Shown here piece by piece: positions 42,487 to 51,689 of a DNA stretch of 64,000 nt. The notes beneath the pieces are model-generated. The model saw only the letters and a list, made by a program, of their open reading frames with translations, was not told where the DNA came from and searched no databases. The stretch covers positions 128,001 to 192,000 of the forward strand of contig CBEVQO010000001.1 of the NCBI GenBank assembly GCA_965552055.1, read 5' to 3'. Numbering within the stretch: the first letter of the stretch is position 1; each line of letters opens with the position of its first letter. Source of the DNA: an uncultured bacterium. Its GTDB lineage: Bacteria > Hydrothermota > UBA3073 > NMUJ01 > CBEVQO01. The translations under genes and the position numbers were made by a program.

Positions 42487-42747
42487 GTGTTGATAGAAAC
42501 CCTTGCTCTGATATGGCGAAGAATAGGCAAAGATATGGCTAAAAAGATAGGTAAATGGTTGTTGGAAAATTTCAATGTATATTGGGTGATCGGAGATGAA
42601 TTTAAAGAAGTTCTTGAAAAATCCAATCAAAAAGGATTATCTTTTGTAGATTCTTTTTTACTGCACATTGCATTTAAAGAGAAAGGAAGCATCCTGACAT
42701 TCGACGAAAAGATGAAAGCAGCAGGTAGAGGCATAATCTTTATTTAA
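42487..42747 (+). pseudogene. PIN/VapC toxin C-terminal fragment
   Basis: VLIETLAL..RRIG, LSFVDS, ILTFD; the N-terminal catalytic Asp strand is not found. Confidence 0.6.
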
Positions 42748-42751
42748 AATT

Positions 42752-43183
42752 TTAAACCCAGAATTGAGGCGGGAAACTTTTTCTTAATTTTTGTTCGCCT
42801 CTGAAACGCCGGATTCCTTCACCAACATCTTCTATTGCTATTTTCAAAGCAGACGCCAGTTTATCACTTATTATAACTTCACGCTCATGGCTCATTATGG
42901 TGCAGATGCATTTTACTTCTTCCGTCTCTTTATCTTCTGTTATGATTTTCACCCAAACGGCATCGGGAATTGAATAACAACTTAACACCTCTCCACCAGC
43001 GATTTCATATTTTTCAATACGAGCGTTTTCTATTAACTGTGGATTTATATCAAGTTTTTCCGCTACTTTAAGAGGAATTATTACCTCTGGAGCATCACTC
43101 CTGAAGCCTGAATTCACAAGAGCAATAGTTTCAATTTCCTTACCAGTTTGAGATTTAATCTTTATTTTTATGTTTACCGCCAT
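42752..43183 (-). CDS. Archaeal-type retropepsin-like (clan AA) protein
   Basis: ETIALVNSGF...EVIIP...A.KL, EREVIISD; Asn at the usual catalytic Asp position. Confidence 0.65.
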   Translation of the reverse strand: MAVNIKIKIKSQTGKEIETIALVNSGFRSDAPEVIIPLKVAEKLDINPQLIENARIEKYEIAGGEVLSCYSIPDAVWVKIITEDKETEEVKCICTIMSHEREVIISDKLASALKIAIEDVGEGIRRFRGEQKLRKSFPPQFWV

Positions 43184-43255
43184 CCTTTAAATGTGTAATT
43201 TTTAAAACTCTTTTCAAAATTATCTTGTAAATTTTGCCAACTCTTTTCATCTTTA

Positions 43256-43282
43256 ATTTTATTGAAAAGAGAAAAATGTCAA
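43256..43282 (-). promoter_or_regulatory. Promoter upstream of the retropepsin-like gene and a small ORF
   Basis: TTGACA(43282-43277)-N15-TAAAAT(43261-43256)-5 nt-ATG 43250. Confidence 0.7.
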
Positions 43283-43299
43283 GCTCGTATGGTGCCCCA

Positions 43300-43620
43300 A
43301 TCCCTTAAAAATTTTGTAAAACGCACGGGCACCGCCTTGTGAATATCCAAGGATATAAATCTTTTCTTCATCTATTGAATATCTTTCTTTCACAAAATTT
43401 AATGCACTCATTATTCTTTTTCATCGTCTTGCAAAGTGCTCCATGCGAAAGATGTTTTACTCTCACCTTTGTGGCATAAGGGCAACATAATATTAAGCCC
43501 AATTCCGTTAATTTCTGTAAGCCTTTTGAAAAATTATCGGGATTGCCACCATATCCGTGCAATGCTATCAACAAAGGATATTTTTACTTTTCTCGTATTT
43601 TTCTGGTAATTTCACAACAG
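43300..43620 (-). pseudogene. Alpha/beta-hydrolase (esterase) pseudogene
   Basis: VKLPEKYEKS / YPLLIALHGYGGN / IYILGYSQGG fragments separated by frameshifts. Confidence 0.7.
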
Positions 43621-43848
43621 GCAACCATTGTTTTCCTTTTTAATTTTTTGAGCTCCTCTTTTTGCTTTTTGCTCCAATTCCGCACATCCTAAATAAGGAA
43701 ATTGAGAAAACAGAGAGAAAAATTTACAAATTTTTCCTTAAGAATAAAACTACAAAATTATTAATGTCTGTTCCCGGGATAGGCAAAAGCGGTTTATTAC
43801 AGTACCGCCTTCAAATTTAGTTGTCCATTAGAAGAAGCATAAATTTTG

Positions 43849-43875
43849 TTGACTTTCGAATAATCTCGCTATAAT
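43849..43875 (+). promoter_or_regulatory. Promoter of guaD (leaderless geometry)
   Basis: TTGACT(43849-43854)-N15-TATAAT(43870-43875)-4 nt-GTG. Confidence 0.75.
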
Positions 43876-43879
43876 TTTT

Positions 43880-45106
43880 GTGATTAAAATATGTTCAAAA
43901 ATAATAAACCCAATTTCTTTCGAAAAACTCGAAATTTTAAACCCGGGAACTTTAATAATTGAAAACGGAAAAATAAAAGATTTAACAGAAAAACTACCAG
44001 AGAAGGATTTTTTAGATTACACGAATTATCTTATATTGCCCGGTTTTGTGGACATTCACACTCATTTATCCCAGATAAATATTACGGGAAAGGGCGAAGA
44101 AGACCTGATAATTTGGCTTAACAAGATAGTTTATCCTGAGGAAGGAAAATTTGAAGCTGAAAATTATGCAAAATCTATGGCGGAAAAATTCTTCGATAAA
44201 TTAATCGAAAACGGCATAACCACAGCCGTCATTTATGTTACAAGCCACTATAAAGCAACAGAAGTAGCATTTGAGATAGCACAACAGAAAGGCTTAAGAG
44301 CATTTATCGGTAAAGTAATGATGGATACAAATTGTTTGCAAAGTGTTAAAAAATCGACAAAAGAGAATTTGGAAGAAAGTTTAAAACTTTATCAGAAATG
44401 GCATGCCAAGGATGACAGATTGTTTTATATCTTTACTTTGAGATTTGCGCCAGTGTGCTCAATTGAACTTATGAAAGAAACAGGTAGAATAGCAAAGGAA
44501 TTGAACTGTTACATACAAACACATTTAGCAGAAAGCAAAAAAGAAATAGAACTGGTTAAAAAATTATTTCCAGAGTATAAATCTTACACCCATTTATATC
44601 ACAAATGTGGAATAACAGGTGAAAAAACAATTTTTGCTCATTGTATTCATTTATCTGATGAAGAGATGGAAATCTTAAAAGATACAAATTCGAAAATAGC
44701 GCATTGTCCTTATTCAAATAGATTTTTGAAGAGCGGTAAATTCAGGTACAAGAAATTTAAGGATCTTGGTATAAAAATCGGACTTGGTTCGGACATCGCA
44801 GGCGGACCTTCGCTTTCGCCGTTCCGCCAAATATCAGAAGCAATTTTGACATCCAGAGATTTAAAAGAAGAATTGAATTATGAAATGACGATCGAAGAAG
44901 CACTTTACCTCGCAACAATGGGAGGCGCAGAAGTTTTAAATCTTCAAGAAAAAATCGGTAACTTTAAAAAGGGTAAAGAAGCAGACTTTATCGTGATAGA
45001 GACAGAAGAAAAAGATCCTCAGAGAGCACTCGAAAAATTAATCTTTTGTGATGAAAAATGGAAAATAAAAGAAGTCTGGATAAAAGGCAAAAAGATTTAT
45101 CCCTGA
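43880..45106 (+). CDS. guaD: Guanine deaminase (amidohydrolase family)
   Basis: PGFVDIHTH, RFAPVCS, QTHLAES, AHCIHL, HCPYSN, GLGSDIAGG. Confidence 0.85.
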   Translation: MIKICSKIINPISFEKLEILNPGTLIIENGKIKDLTEKLPEKDFLDYTNYLILPGFVDIHTHLSQINITGKGEEDLIIWLNKIVYPEEGKFEAENYAKSMAEKFFDKLIENGITTAVIYVTSHYKATEVAFEIAQQKGLRAFIGKVMMDTNCLQSVKKSTKENLEESLKLYQKWHAKDDRLFYIFTLRFAPVCSIELMKETGRIAKELNCYIQTHLAESKKEIELVKKLFPEYKSYTHLYHKCGITGEKTIFAHCIHLSDEEMEILKDTNSKIAHCPYSNRFLKSGKFRYKKFKDLGIKIGLGSDIAGGPSLSPFRQISEAILTSRDLKEELNYEMTIEEALYLATMGGAEVLNLQEKIGNFKKGKEADFIVIETEEKDPQRALEKLIFCDEKWKIKEVWIKGKKIYP

Positions 45107-45496
45107 TTTATTCAAAAATAAAAAGCAAAATAGAAAAAAGGCTAAGAGAATTTAAAGAAATTTCCAAATCTTCGAATCATGATATTTTTTGTGAATTAGT
45201 TTTTTGCTTACTCACTCCTCAATCCCGCGCCAAGATATGCTGGCAGGCAGTCTTAAACCTTAAAAGAAAAAATCTACTACTAAAAGGGAATAAAGAAGAA
45301 ATTTTGAAAGAATTGAAAGGAGTAAGATTTAAAAATAAAAAAGCTCAGTATAGAAGAAATTCCTAAAAATTTGACAAAGAAAAATTACCTTGAGATTGAA
45401 AATAAGATGAAAAAATTTGCAAAAGAGATAGGTATCCCTTTACCTCATCTTGATTTTGTCTTATGGTATAAAGAGACAGGGGAAATTTTCAAGTGA
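45058..45496 (+). pseudogene. ogg: 8-oxoguanine N-glycosylase/DNA lyase (archaeal/Thermotoga-type Ogg), internally deleted and frameshifted
   Basis: FCELVFCLLTPQSRA...VRFKNKKAQY in one frame; IEEIPKNLTKKNYLEIE...LDFVLWYKETGEIFK in another from ~45350; central HhH segment absent. Confidence 0.8.
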
Positions 45497-45514
45497 TAAT
45501 TTTTCAATTTTCCC

Positions 45515-45541
45515 TTGACCTTTGGACTTCATGGTTATAAT
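45515..45541 (+). promoter_or_regulatory. Promoter of perR/fur (leaderless geometry)
   Basis: TTGACC(45515-45520)-N15-TATAAT(45536-45541)-5 nt-ATG. Confidence 0.8.
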
Positions 45542-45546
45542 AAATT

Positions 45547-45948
45547 ATGAAGGAGATAAAAAAATTTTTGAAAAATATAGGAATTTATCCCACGCCCCAA
45601 AGGGTAAAAATCCTCGAATACCTGAGAAGCACAAAAGAGCATCCAACAGCAGATATTATCTACGAAAAACTGAAAAAAGAATTACCCTATCTATCGAAGA
45701 CCACAGTTTATAATACTTTGAAATTATTCAAAGAAAAAGGAATCATCCAGGAGTTAACAATTGACCCAGAAGAGCGTAGGTTCGACGGAAACCCAGAACC
45801 CCATGTCCACTTCAAATGTTTGAAATGCGGAAAGGTTTTCGACATAAAAGACGAAATCAAAATCCAGAAGAAAGAAAAAATAGAAGGACACATAATAAAG
45901 GAAGTGCATCTGTACCTTAAAGGAATATGCAAAAACTGCCAAAAGTAA
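45547..45948 (+). CDS. Fur-family regulator, PerR-like
   Basis: TPQR, HPTAD, TVYNTL, RFD, HVHFKCLKCG, C-terminal CKNC; next to SOR and rubrerythrin. Confidence 0.9.
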   Translation: MKEIKKFLKNIGIYPTPQRVKILEYLRSTKEHPTADIIYEKLKKELPYLSKTTVYNTLKLFKEKGIIQELTIDPEERRFDGNPEPHVHFKCLKCGKVFDIKDEIKIQKKEKIEGHIIKEVHLYLKGICKNCQK

Positions 45949-45965
45949 TTTTAAAAAATTTTCAC

Positions 45966-46001
45966 TTGACAATTTACAATTATGGTTATAATGATTTGTA
46001 A
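45966..46001 (+). promoter_or_regulatory. Promoter of the oxidative-stress operon with an overlapping putative PerR/Fur site
   Basis: TTGACA(45966-45971)-N15-TATAAT(45987-45992); TTACAA...TTGTAA inverted repeat and TTATAATGATTTGTA over the -10. Confidence 0.75.
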
Positions 46002-46019
46002 TGAATACAAGGAGGTAAG

Positions 46020-47111
46020 ATGGAGTTGTTGGGAGATAGGAGGAAAAGGGTTAAGGAGTTGTTGAGGAGTCTGCATCGTGGAGAAGATGTTGAGAAGCTT
46101 AAGGATGAGTTGAGGGATATTTTAAAGGAATTGGAGCTTTCTGAGATTGTGCAGATTGAGGAAGAGCTCATAAAGGAAGGGGTTTCGCCGCAAGTCATTC
46201 GGGAGATGTGTGATGTCCATCTAAAGTTGTTTGAAGAAGCGCTGAGCAAGGTGAAGATTGAAGTGGAAGAATGGCATCCCATTTTCATTTTGATGAAAGA
46301 ACATGAGATGATTCTTGAAAATGCAAAAGCAGTAAAAGAAAATCCCGAAAAAGTGAATTTATTATCCGATGAAGAACACTATTTGAGAGAGGAGAATGTG
46401 CTTTTCCCTTTCCTTGAAAAACACGGAGTTACTCAGCCACCGGCTATAATGTGGATGGAACATGAAAACATTAAACAATTGAAAAAGGAATTACTGAAAG
46501 AGAAAAGCAAAGAGGTGGCAAATAAATTGCTCGAATTCCTTATCCTGCATTTCACAAAAGAAAACAAGATTCTCTTCCCAACCGCTTTGAAACTTCTTTC
46601 AAAAGAAGAATGGCTCGAAATACGGCACCAATTTGATGAAATAGGATATCCAATCTATAAACCTGCAAAAGTGGACCTCAAAGAGAAAGAAAAGGTATCA
46701 ACGGATGTGGATAAAGTAACATTTGACACAGGGGATTTTACAAAAGAGGAGCTGGAAGCCGTTTTAAATTCTTTACCGTTTGACATTACATTTGTAGATA
46801 AAGAGGATACTGTGCGGTATTTCAATCAGACAAAAGATAGGATTTTTGTGCGCACAAAGGCGGTACTTGGGCGCAAAGTGCAACAATGTCATCCTCAAAA
46901 AAGTATTCATCTTGTGAATAAAATTCTCTCGGAATTCAAAGAGGGTAAAAGAGAAGTCGCAGAATTTTGGATAAATTTTAAAGGAAGATTGATTTATATA
47001 AGGTATTTCCCTGTTAGGGATAGAAATGGAAATTATCTTGGATGTATCGAAGTCACCCAAGACATCACCGATGTCAAAAAAATTGAGGGTGAAAAGAGAC
47101 TGTTAAAATAG
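46020..47111 (+). CDS. DUF438/hemerythrin/PAS domain protein
   Basis: CDVH, HPI..LMKEH, HYLREENVLFP, MWMEH, ITFVD, CHP, EFWI. Confidence 0.9.
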   Translation: MELLGDRRKRVKELLRSLHRGEDVEKLKDELRDILKELELSEIVQIEEELIKEGVSPQVIREMCDVHLKLFEEALSKVKIEVEEWHPIFILMKEHEMILENAKAVKENPEKVNLLSDEEHYLREENVLFPFLEKHGVTQPPAIMWMEHENIKQLKKELLKEKSKEVANKLLEFLILHFTKENKILFPTALKLLSKEEWLEIRHQFDEIGYPIYKPAKVDLKEKEKVSTDVDKVTFDTGDFTKEELEAVLNSLPFDITFVDKEDTVRYFNQTKDRIFVRTKAVLGRKVQQCHPQKSIHLVNKILSEFKEGKREVAEFWINFKGRLIYIRYFPVRDRNGNYLGCIEVTQDITDVKKIEGEKRLLK

Positions 47112-47119
47112 GAGGGGCA

Positions 47120-47500
47120 ATGGCTGATAGAATGCAAATATATAGATGTGAAATTTGTGGCAATATCGTCTGTGTTTTGCATGGAGGCAAGGGTGAGTTA
47201 TACTGTTGTGGCCAACCCATGAATCTGCTTCAAGCCAAAACAGAGGAAGAGGGCAAGGAAAAGCATTTACCGGTTGTGGAAATATCGGAAGATAGGGTGA
47301 AAGTCAAAGTTGGCTCTATATCTCATCCAATGGAAGATAGACATTTTATTGAATGGATTGAGATTATGACAGATAAAGGCTGTTGCATACAGTTTTTAAG
47401 TCCAGGCGATGCTCCTGAGGCTGAATTCACAGCAGAAGATGTAAAAGCAGTCCGCGCTTATTGCAATATACATGGGTTATGGAAAAAGGAAGTATCATGA
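47120..47500 (+). CDS. dfx: Desulfoferrodoxin (superoxide reductase)
   Basis: CEICGN...CCGQPM, EKHLP, HPM...HFIEWI, YCNIHGLW. Confidence 0.95.
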   Translation: MADRMQIYRCEICGNIVCVLHGGKGELYCCGQPMNLLQAKTEEEGKEKHLPVVEISEDRVKVKVGSISHPMEDRHFIEWIEIMTDKGCCIQFLSPGDAPEAEFTAEDVKAVRAYCNIHGLWKKEVS

Positions 47501-48192
47501 AAATTTTGAGAGTAAAAGCAGATGTAGAAGCTATTTTCAAAAAGAGATTGAATAAATTTTTAGGAATTGTTGAAATCGAAGGTATAGAAGAAAAAGTTCA
47601 TATTCATGACCCCGGTCGTCTGGAAGAACTTCTTTATTCGGGTAATAAAGTCTTATTGAAAAACGCTACAAATCCTTTACGCAAAACTAAGCGGGATATC
47701 GTAGCAGCACAAAATAATGACAAATGGGTATTCGTGCATTCAGGTTATCATGGGAAAATTGCATACAATATTTTGAAATCGGATATAAGTCCGTTTGGAA
47801 AATTAGATGAAATAATTCCCGAAGTTAATTTTGATGGCACTCGCATTGATTTTTTGCTTAAAAAAGATGATAGAAGAATTGCAGTAGAAGTGAAAGGATG
47901 CACACTCTCGCAAAATAATGTTGCTCTTTTCCCTGACGCTCCTACTTTGCGTGGCACACGGCATTTACAAAAACTAATAGAACTTCTCAATAAAGGTTTT
48001 GAATGTGCCGTCATTATATTGATTTTTAGAGAAGAAAGTAAATATTTTATTCCAAATGAAAAAATGGATAAAAATTTTGCAGATATTTTCTGGGAAGCGG
48101 TAAAAAGAGGGGTTAAAGTTTTCCCGATTCTATTGAGATATGATGGGGAGAATATTTTTTACCTTGGTAGAATAAATTTAAAGGGAGGGTGA
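47497..48192 (+). CDS. sfsA: SfsA-family DNA/RNA nuclease
   Basis: [35 protein letters not shown]. Confidence 0.92.
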   Translation: MKILRVKADVEAIFKKRLNKFLGIVEIEGIEEKVHIHDPGRLEELLYSGNKVLLKNATNPLRKTKRDIVAAQNNDKWVFVHSGYHGKIAYNILKSDISPFGKLDEIIPEVNFDGTRIDFLLKKDDRRIAVEVKGCTLSQNNVALFPDAPTLRGTRHLQKLIELLNKGFECAVIILIFREESKYFIPNEKMDKNFADIFWEAVKRGVKVFPILLRYDGENIFYLGRINLKGG

Positions 48193-48193
48193 G

Positions 48194-48769
48194 ATGAAAA
48201 GTTTAAAGGGCACCCGGACTGAGAAAAATTTATTGACGGCATTTGCAGGGGAGTCGCAGGCAAGAAACAGATACACTTTCTTCGCATCACAAGCACGCAA
48301 GGAAGGTTATGAGCAAATAGCTGCGATATTCCTCGAGACAGCGGATAATGAGAAAGAGCATGCCAAAAGATTATTCAAATTTCTCGAAGGAGGCGCTGTT
48401 GAGATAACAGGAACATTCCCGGCTGGCGTGATAGGAAATACGAAAGAAAACTTAAAATCTGCTGCTGAAGGTGAAAATTATGAGCATACGAAGATGTATC
48501 CCGAATTTGCCAAAATCGCAGAAGAAGAGGGCTTCCCGGAAATAGCAGCGGTATTCCGTGCCATTGCAGTAGCAGAAAAATATCATGAAAAGCGATTTTT
48601 AAAACTGCTCGAAAATATCGAGAAAGATAGAGTATTTAAGCGTGATGAAGTCGTAAAATGGAAATGCAGGAATTGCGGCTATGTATTTGAAGGTAAAGGA
48701 GCACCTGAAAAATGTCCAGCATGCCAACATCCGAAAGCATTCTTCGAGTTATATCACGAAAATTATTAA
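48194..48769 (+). CDS. rbr: Rubrerythrin
   Basis: [19 protein letters not shown]-terminal CRNCG/CPAC. Confidence 0.96.
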   Translation: MKSLKGTRTEKNLLTAFAGESQARNRYTFFASQARKEGYEQIAAIFLETADNEKEHAKRLFKFLEGGAVEITGTFPAGVIGNTKENLKSAAEGENYEHTKMYPEFAKIAEEEGFPEIAAVFRAIAVAEKYHEKRFLKLLENIEKDRVFKRDEVVKWKCRNCGYVFEGKGAPEKCPACQHPKAFFELYHENY

Positions 48770-49803
48770 TAGGTGAATTCTCTTAAAACTTTTGCAATGT
48801 AAGATACCTCTTTACATGTGAGTGAAGGATAAAGTGGAATTGATACTGCTTTTTTATAAATTTCCTCGGTAACTTCTAATTTTTCATTCTCAAAGTATAA
48901 ATGTAATGGTTTGTAAACCGGCTGCCGTGCTACAATGCCTCTTTCGTTTAGATAGCGCAGTAATTCTTCTTTTTTATCCGTTAAAACTATATATCTGAAA
49001 TATATATGTTCGCGAAAGGGCAAAGACATTGGCGGTTTTAATCCCTTTTCCAATAAAATTTCACTGTAACGCTTTGCTATCTCTTTTCTTCTTGATATAA
49101 ACCTTTTGAGCTTCTTAAACTGGCTTAAAATCAATGAAGCCTGAATATCTGTCATCTTATAATTGAATCTTATTTTATAATTTTCCTTTTCGTCATAATC
49201 TCTTAAATCTTTTATTTTTTCGATTAAATCCACATCGTTTGATAAAATTGCTCCTCCTTCTCCACCTGCTATCACTTTCGTCGCATAAAAAGATAAAATT
49301 GATACTCTTCCAAAAGTTCCGGTCAATCTACCTTTATAATGACAGCCTATTGAATGGGCACAGTCTTCAATTATTGGGATTTTCAATTTTAAAAATTCAT
49401 CGATATTAGCTGCGAGACCGAATAAGTGTGGCAAAATTATTGCCTTTGTATTCTCTTTTTTTCTTTTCGCAGCATCTTCAGGAGAAGGTGAAATTTCTTT
49501 TGCTATATCAAAAAATACAGGTTCTGCATTCAAATATTTCACTGCATTTAAAGGAGCAGAACACATAAAAGAGGGAAGTAACACGCTATCACCTGCTGAT
49601 ACCCCTAAAGAAAGCAAAGAGAGGTGCAGAGCAGCGGTACCAGATGATACGCAAACTGCTCCTCTTACTCCATAAAAATCCTTCAAAAAATTTTCCAGTT
49701 CTTTTACCTTTTTACCCTGAGAAAGACAACGCGATTTTAAAGCTATCACTACAGATTTTATATCTTTTTTATCTATATAGGGTCTTGAGTGAGGAATCTT
49801 CAT
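48766..49803 (-). CDS. DegT/DnrJ/EryC1/StrS sugar aminotransferase
   Basis: [24 protein letters not shown]. Confidence 0.92.
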   Translation of the reverse strand: MKIPHSRPYIDKKDIKSVVIALKSRCLSQGKKVKELENFLKDFYGVRGAVCVSSGTAALHLSLLSLGVSAGDSVLLPSFMCSAPLNAVKYLNAEPVFFDIAKEISPSPEDAAKRKKENTKAIILPHLFGLAANIDEFLKLKIPIIEDCAHSIGCHYKGRLTGTFGRVSILSFYATKVIAGGEGGAILSNDVDLIEKIKDLRDYDEKENYKIRFNYKMTDIQASLILSQFKKLKRFISRRKEIAKRYSEILLEKGLKPPMSLPFREHIYFRYIVLTDKKEELLRYLNERGIVARQPVYKPLHLYFENEKLEVTEEIYKKAVSIPLYPSLTCKEVSYIAKVLREFTY

Positions 49804-50752
49804 AAGCAATCTCCCATGGATTTCTAGTTCGAGGTAATCCCATCAATTCGGATATTGTCACTATTTTGAAGCCTTCTTTTAACAAAAATCTTATTATTTT
49901 TGGAAGCTCTTTTGCTGTTCTTTCTGCACCTATATGCATAAGAATTATTTTTCCTTTTAAATCTGTTTTATACAGATTTTTAAATCTCACAAGACTTTTC
50001 TCATATAGTTCTGGTGTGCTCTTATCTGCCCAATCGATGATATCGTAAGACCACCCCACATGTATAAATCCTGCTTCCTCAGCCCATCCAGCTATTTCTG
50101 GATTTATCTCGCCGTATGGAGCACGCCAAAATGGTGCAAAATGTCTCCCTGTTATCGTATAAAACAAACTATCACATAACAATAATTCTTTTTGAACAAA
50201 TTTTTTATTTACCCCGGGAGCTGTATCAAATCTTCTGTTTATCTCATAAGTTGTAAAATGTGGATGAGAATAAGTATGGTTTGCTGGTTCGTGTCTGGAT
50301 GCGATATATCTCGTTACTTCGGGAAAATTTTTAATGAACTGACCTGTTAAAAACATTGTGCATCTCAAATTGTACTTATCAAGTATTTCAAAGATTTCTC
50401 TACATGGAACTGCGTATCCTCCGCAATCAAATGTTAAAGCTACACATTTTTTATCGGGGTCTCCACATTTAACATTAAAGGCTCTTTTAATCGCAAAAAC
50501 CCTGAATAACTCAGTTTCTTTGCATTCATCATAAAATATTTTTATTTTAAACTTAAAAATGCCGGGCTGTAATTTTATCCATGCAAAAAGTGTATCTCTT
50601 ATTATTCTTCCCATTGTGTAAAATCTTCCATTAACAAAAATCAAAAAAGCTTTGCCTTCCGGGGAATACAATTTTATAGAAAAATTATCAGAATAAAAGG
50701 TCGAATCGCATAATAGTTTTGTTATAAGAGTTAAACTAATGAGATATTGCAT
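49769..50752 (-). CDS. Secreted polysaccharide deacetylase (CE4)
   Basis: VALTFDC, ANHTYSHP, WRAPYG, IILMH. Confidence 0.88.
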   Translation of the reverse strand: MQYLISLTLITKLLCDSTFYSDNFSIKLYSPEGKAFLIFVNGRFYTMGRIIRDTLFAWIKLQPGIFKFKIKIFYDECKETELFRVFAIKRAFNVKCGDPDKKCVALTFDCGGYAVPCREIFEILDKYNLRCTMFLTGQFIKNFPEVTRYIASRHEPANHTYSHPHFTTYEINRRFDTAPGVNKKFVQKELLLCDSLFYTITGRHFAPFWRAPYGEINPEIAGWAEEAGFIHVGWSYDIIDWADKSTPELYEKSLVRFKNLYKTDLKGKIILMHIGAERTAKELPKIIRFLLKEGFKIVTISELMGLPRTRNPWEIAYEDSSLKTLYR

Positions 50753-51689
50753 CTCTTATTTTTACAGCGAGCTCCTGAATAGCATCTCTCCATAGCTGAA
50801 TATCGTATTCTATTTCCTTTTCTTCTTCTATTTCCTTTACAAATTTTTTCTCTTTGAGAGAGAAAATTTTACATTTTATTTTAACAAGTTGATTTTCTTT
50901 TGATACCTCACCTGTGATTATATATTCCACTTCCAATCTTCTACCCAGGTTTAAAAGTTCATCTTCTGTAAATTCGTATCCGGGTTTAGTGAGGCTTAAA
51001 TTTTCTCTTTCTCTTGAGATATCTTCTTTTTCTGGTATAGCGAATCCTGAGGAAACGAGTGCAGTGCTTAAATATACGGGTATTTTTTCACTATAATTCT
51101 CTTCCTTTGCTTCTTCGTTTAATTCTTTAAATTCGAGCACAAGTATTTTTGTTCTCTTTTCAGGTTTTGCTACTCCTTTTTTCTCGTATTCGCTGTTCAA
51201 TTCTTCGATCACTCTATCCGTGAGGTCAAGGTCTGGCTTCGCATAAACAACACCCATTCCTGCTACATCAAGGATTATGGTGTAACCTTCTTCCTCTGCT
51301 ATTCTTTTTAATATTTCCGAAACTTTTTCAACAAGCGGTTGCATTATCAATTTGTTTTGCTTCTCTGCTTCTCCTCCCGGACCCCATATCCTCTGTATAA
51401 ACTCCTGATATTCTTTCTGTAATTCTTCTAACTCTTTTTCTCTCTCTTTCAATGCTTCTTCGGATAGAAGCAATCTTTGAGATTCTATTTCTCTGTATTT
51501 TTCTTCTATCTTTTTTCGCATTTCTGCTGCTTTTTGCTGCCATTCCTGTAATTTTTTGTTCCATTCCGCCTCTAATCTCGCTCTGCCTTTATATTCCTGA
51601 AATATCCTTTGAGAATCTATATATCCTATTTTAACCGCACCCATCAAATCTGAAGCAAAAAGCACCAAAATAAAAGAATATTTACGCAT
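50736..51689 (-). CDS. skp: OmpH/Skp chaperone fused to a C-terminal CsgG/TolB_N-like domain
   Basis: KIGYIDSQRIF...coiled coil...YTIILD...DLTDRVIEELN, then KILVLEF...LGRRLEVEYIITGEV. Confidence 0.8.
   Translation of the reverse strand: MRKYSFILVLFASDLMGAVKIGYIDSQRIFQEYKGRARLEAEWNKKLQEWQQKAAEMRKKIEEKYREIESQRLLLSEEALKEREKELEELQKEYQEFIQRIWGPGGEAEKQNKLIMQPLVEKVSEILKRIAEEEGYTIILDVAGMGVVYAKPDLDLTDRVIEELNSEYEKKGVAKPEKRTKILVLEFKELNEEAKEENYSEKIPVYLSTALVSSGFAIPEKEDISRERENLSLTKPGYEFTEDELLNLGRRLEVEYIITGEVSKENQLVKIKCKIFSLKEKKFVKEIEEEKEIEYDIQLWRDAIQELAVKIRDAISH

Noticed and set aside
43788..43808. GCGGT-N10-ACCGC hairpin upstream of guaD as a purine riboswitch or terminator
   Set aside because: Only a 5-bp stem, no purine-aptamer core, no U-tract, and it lies upstream of the guaD promoter.
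45340..45366. Programmed frameshift restoring ogg
   Set aside because: The central catalytic segment is physically absent, so a frameshift would not yield an active enzyme.
45371..45400. TTGACA inside the ogg remnant as a promoter
   Set aside because: No TA-starting -10 hexamer at 15-17 bp; not counted in the promoter set.
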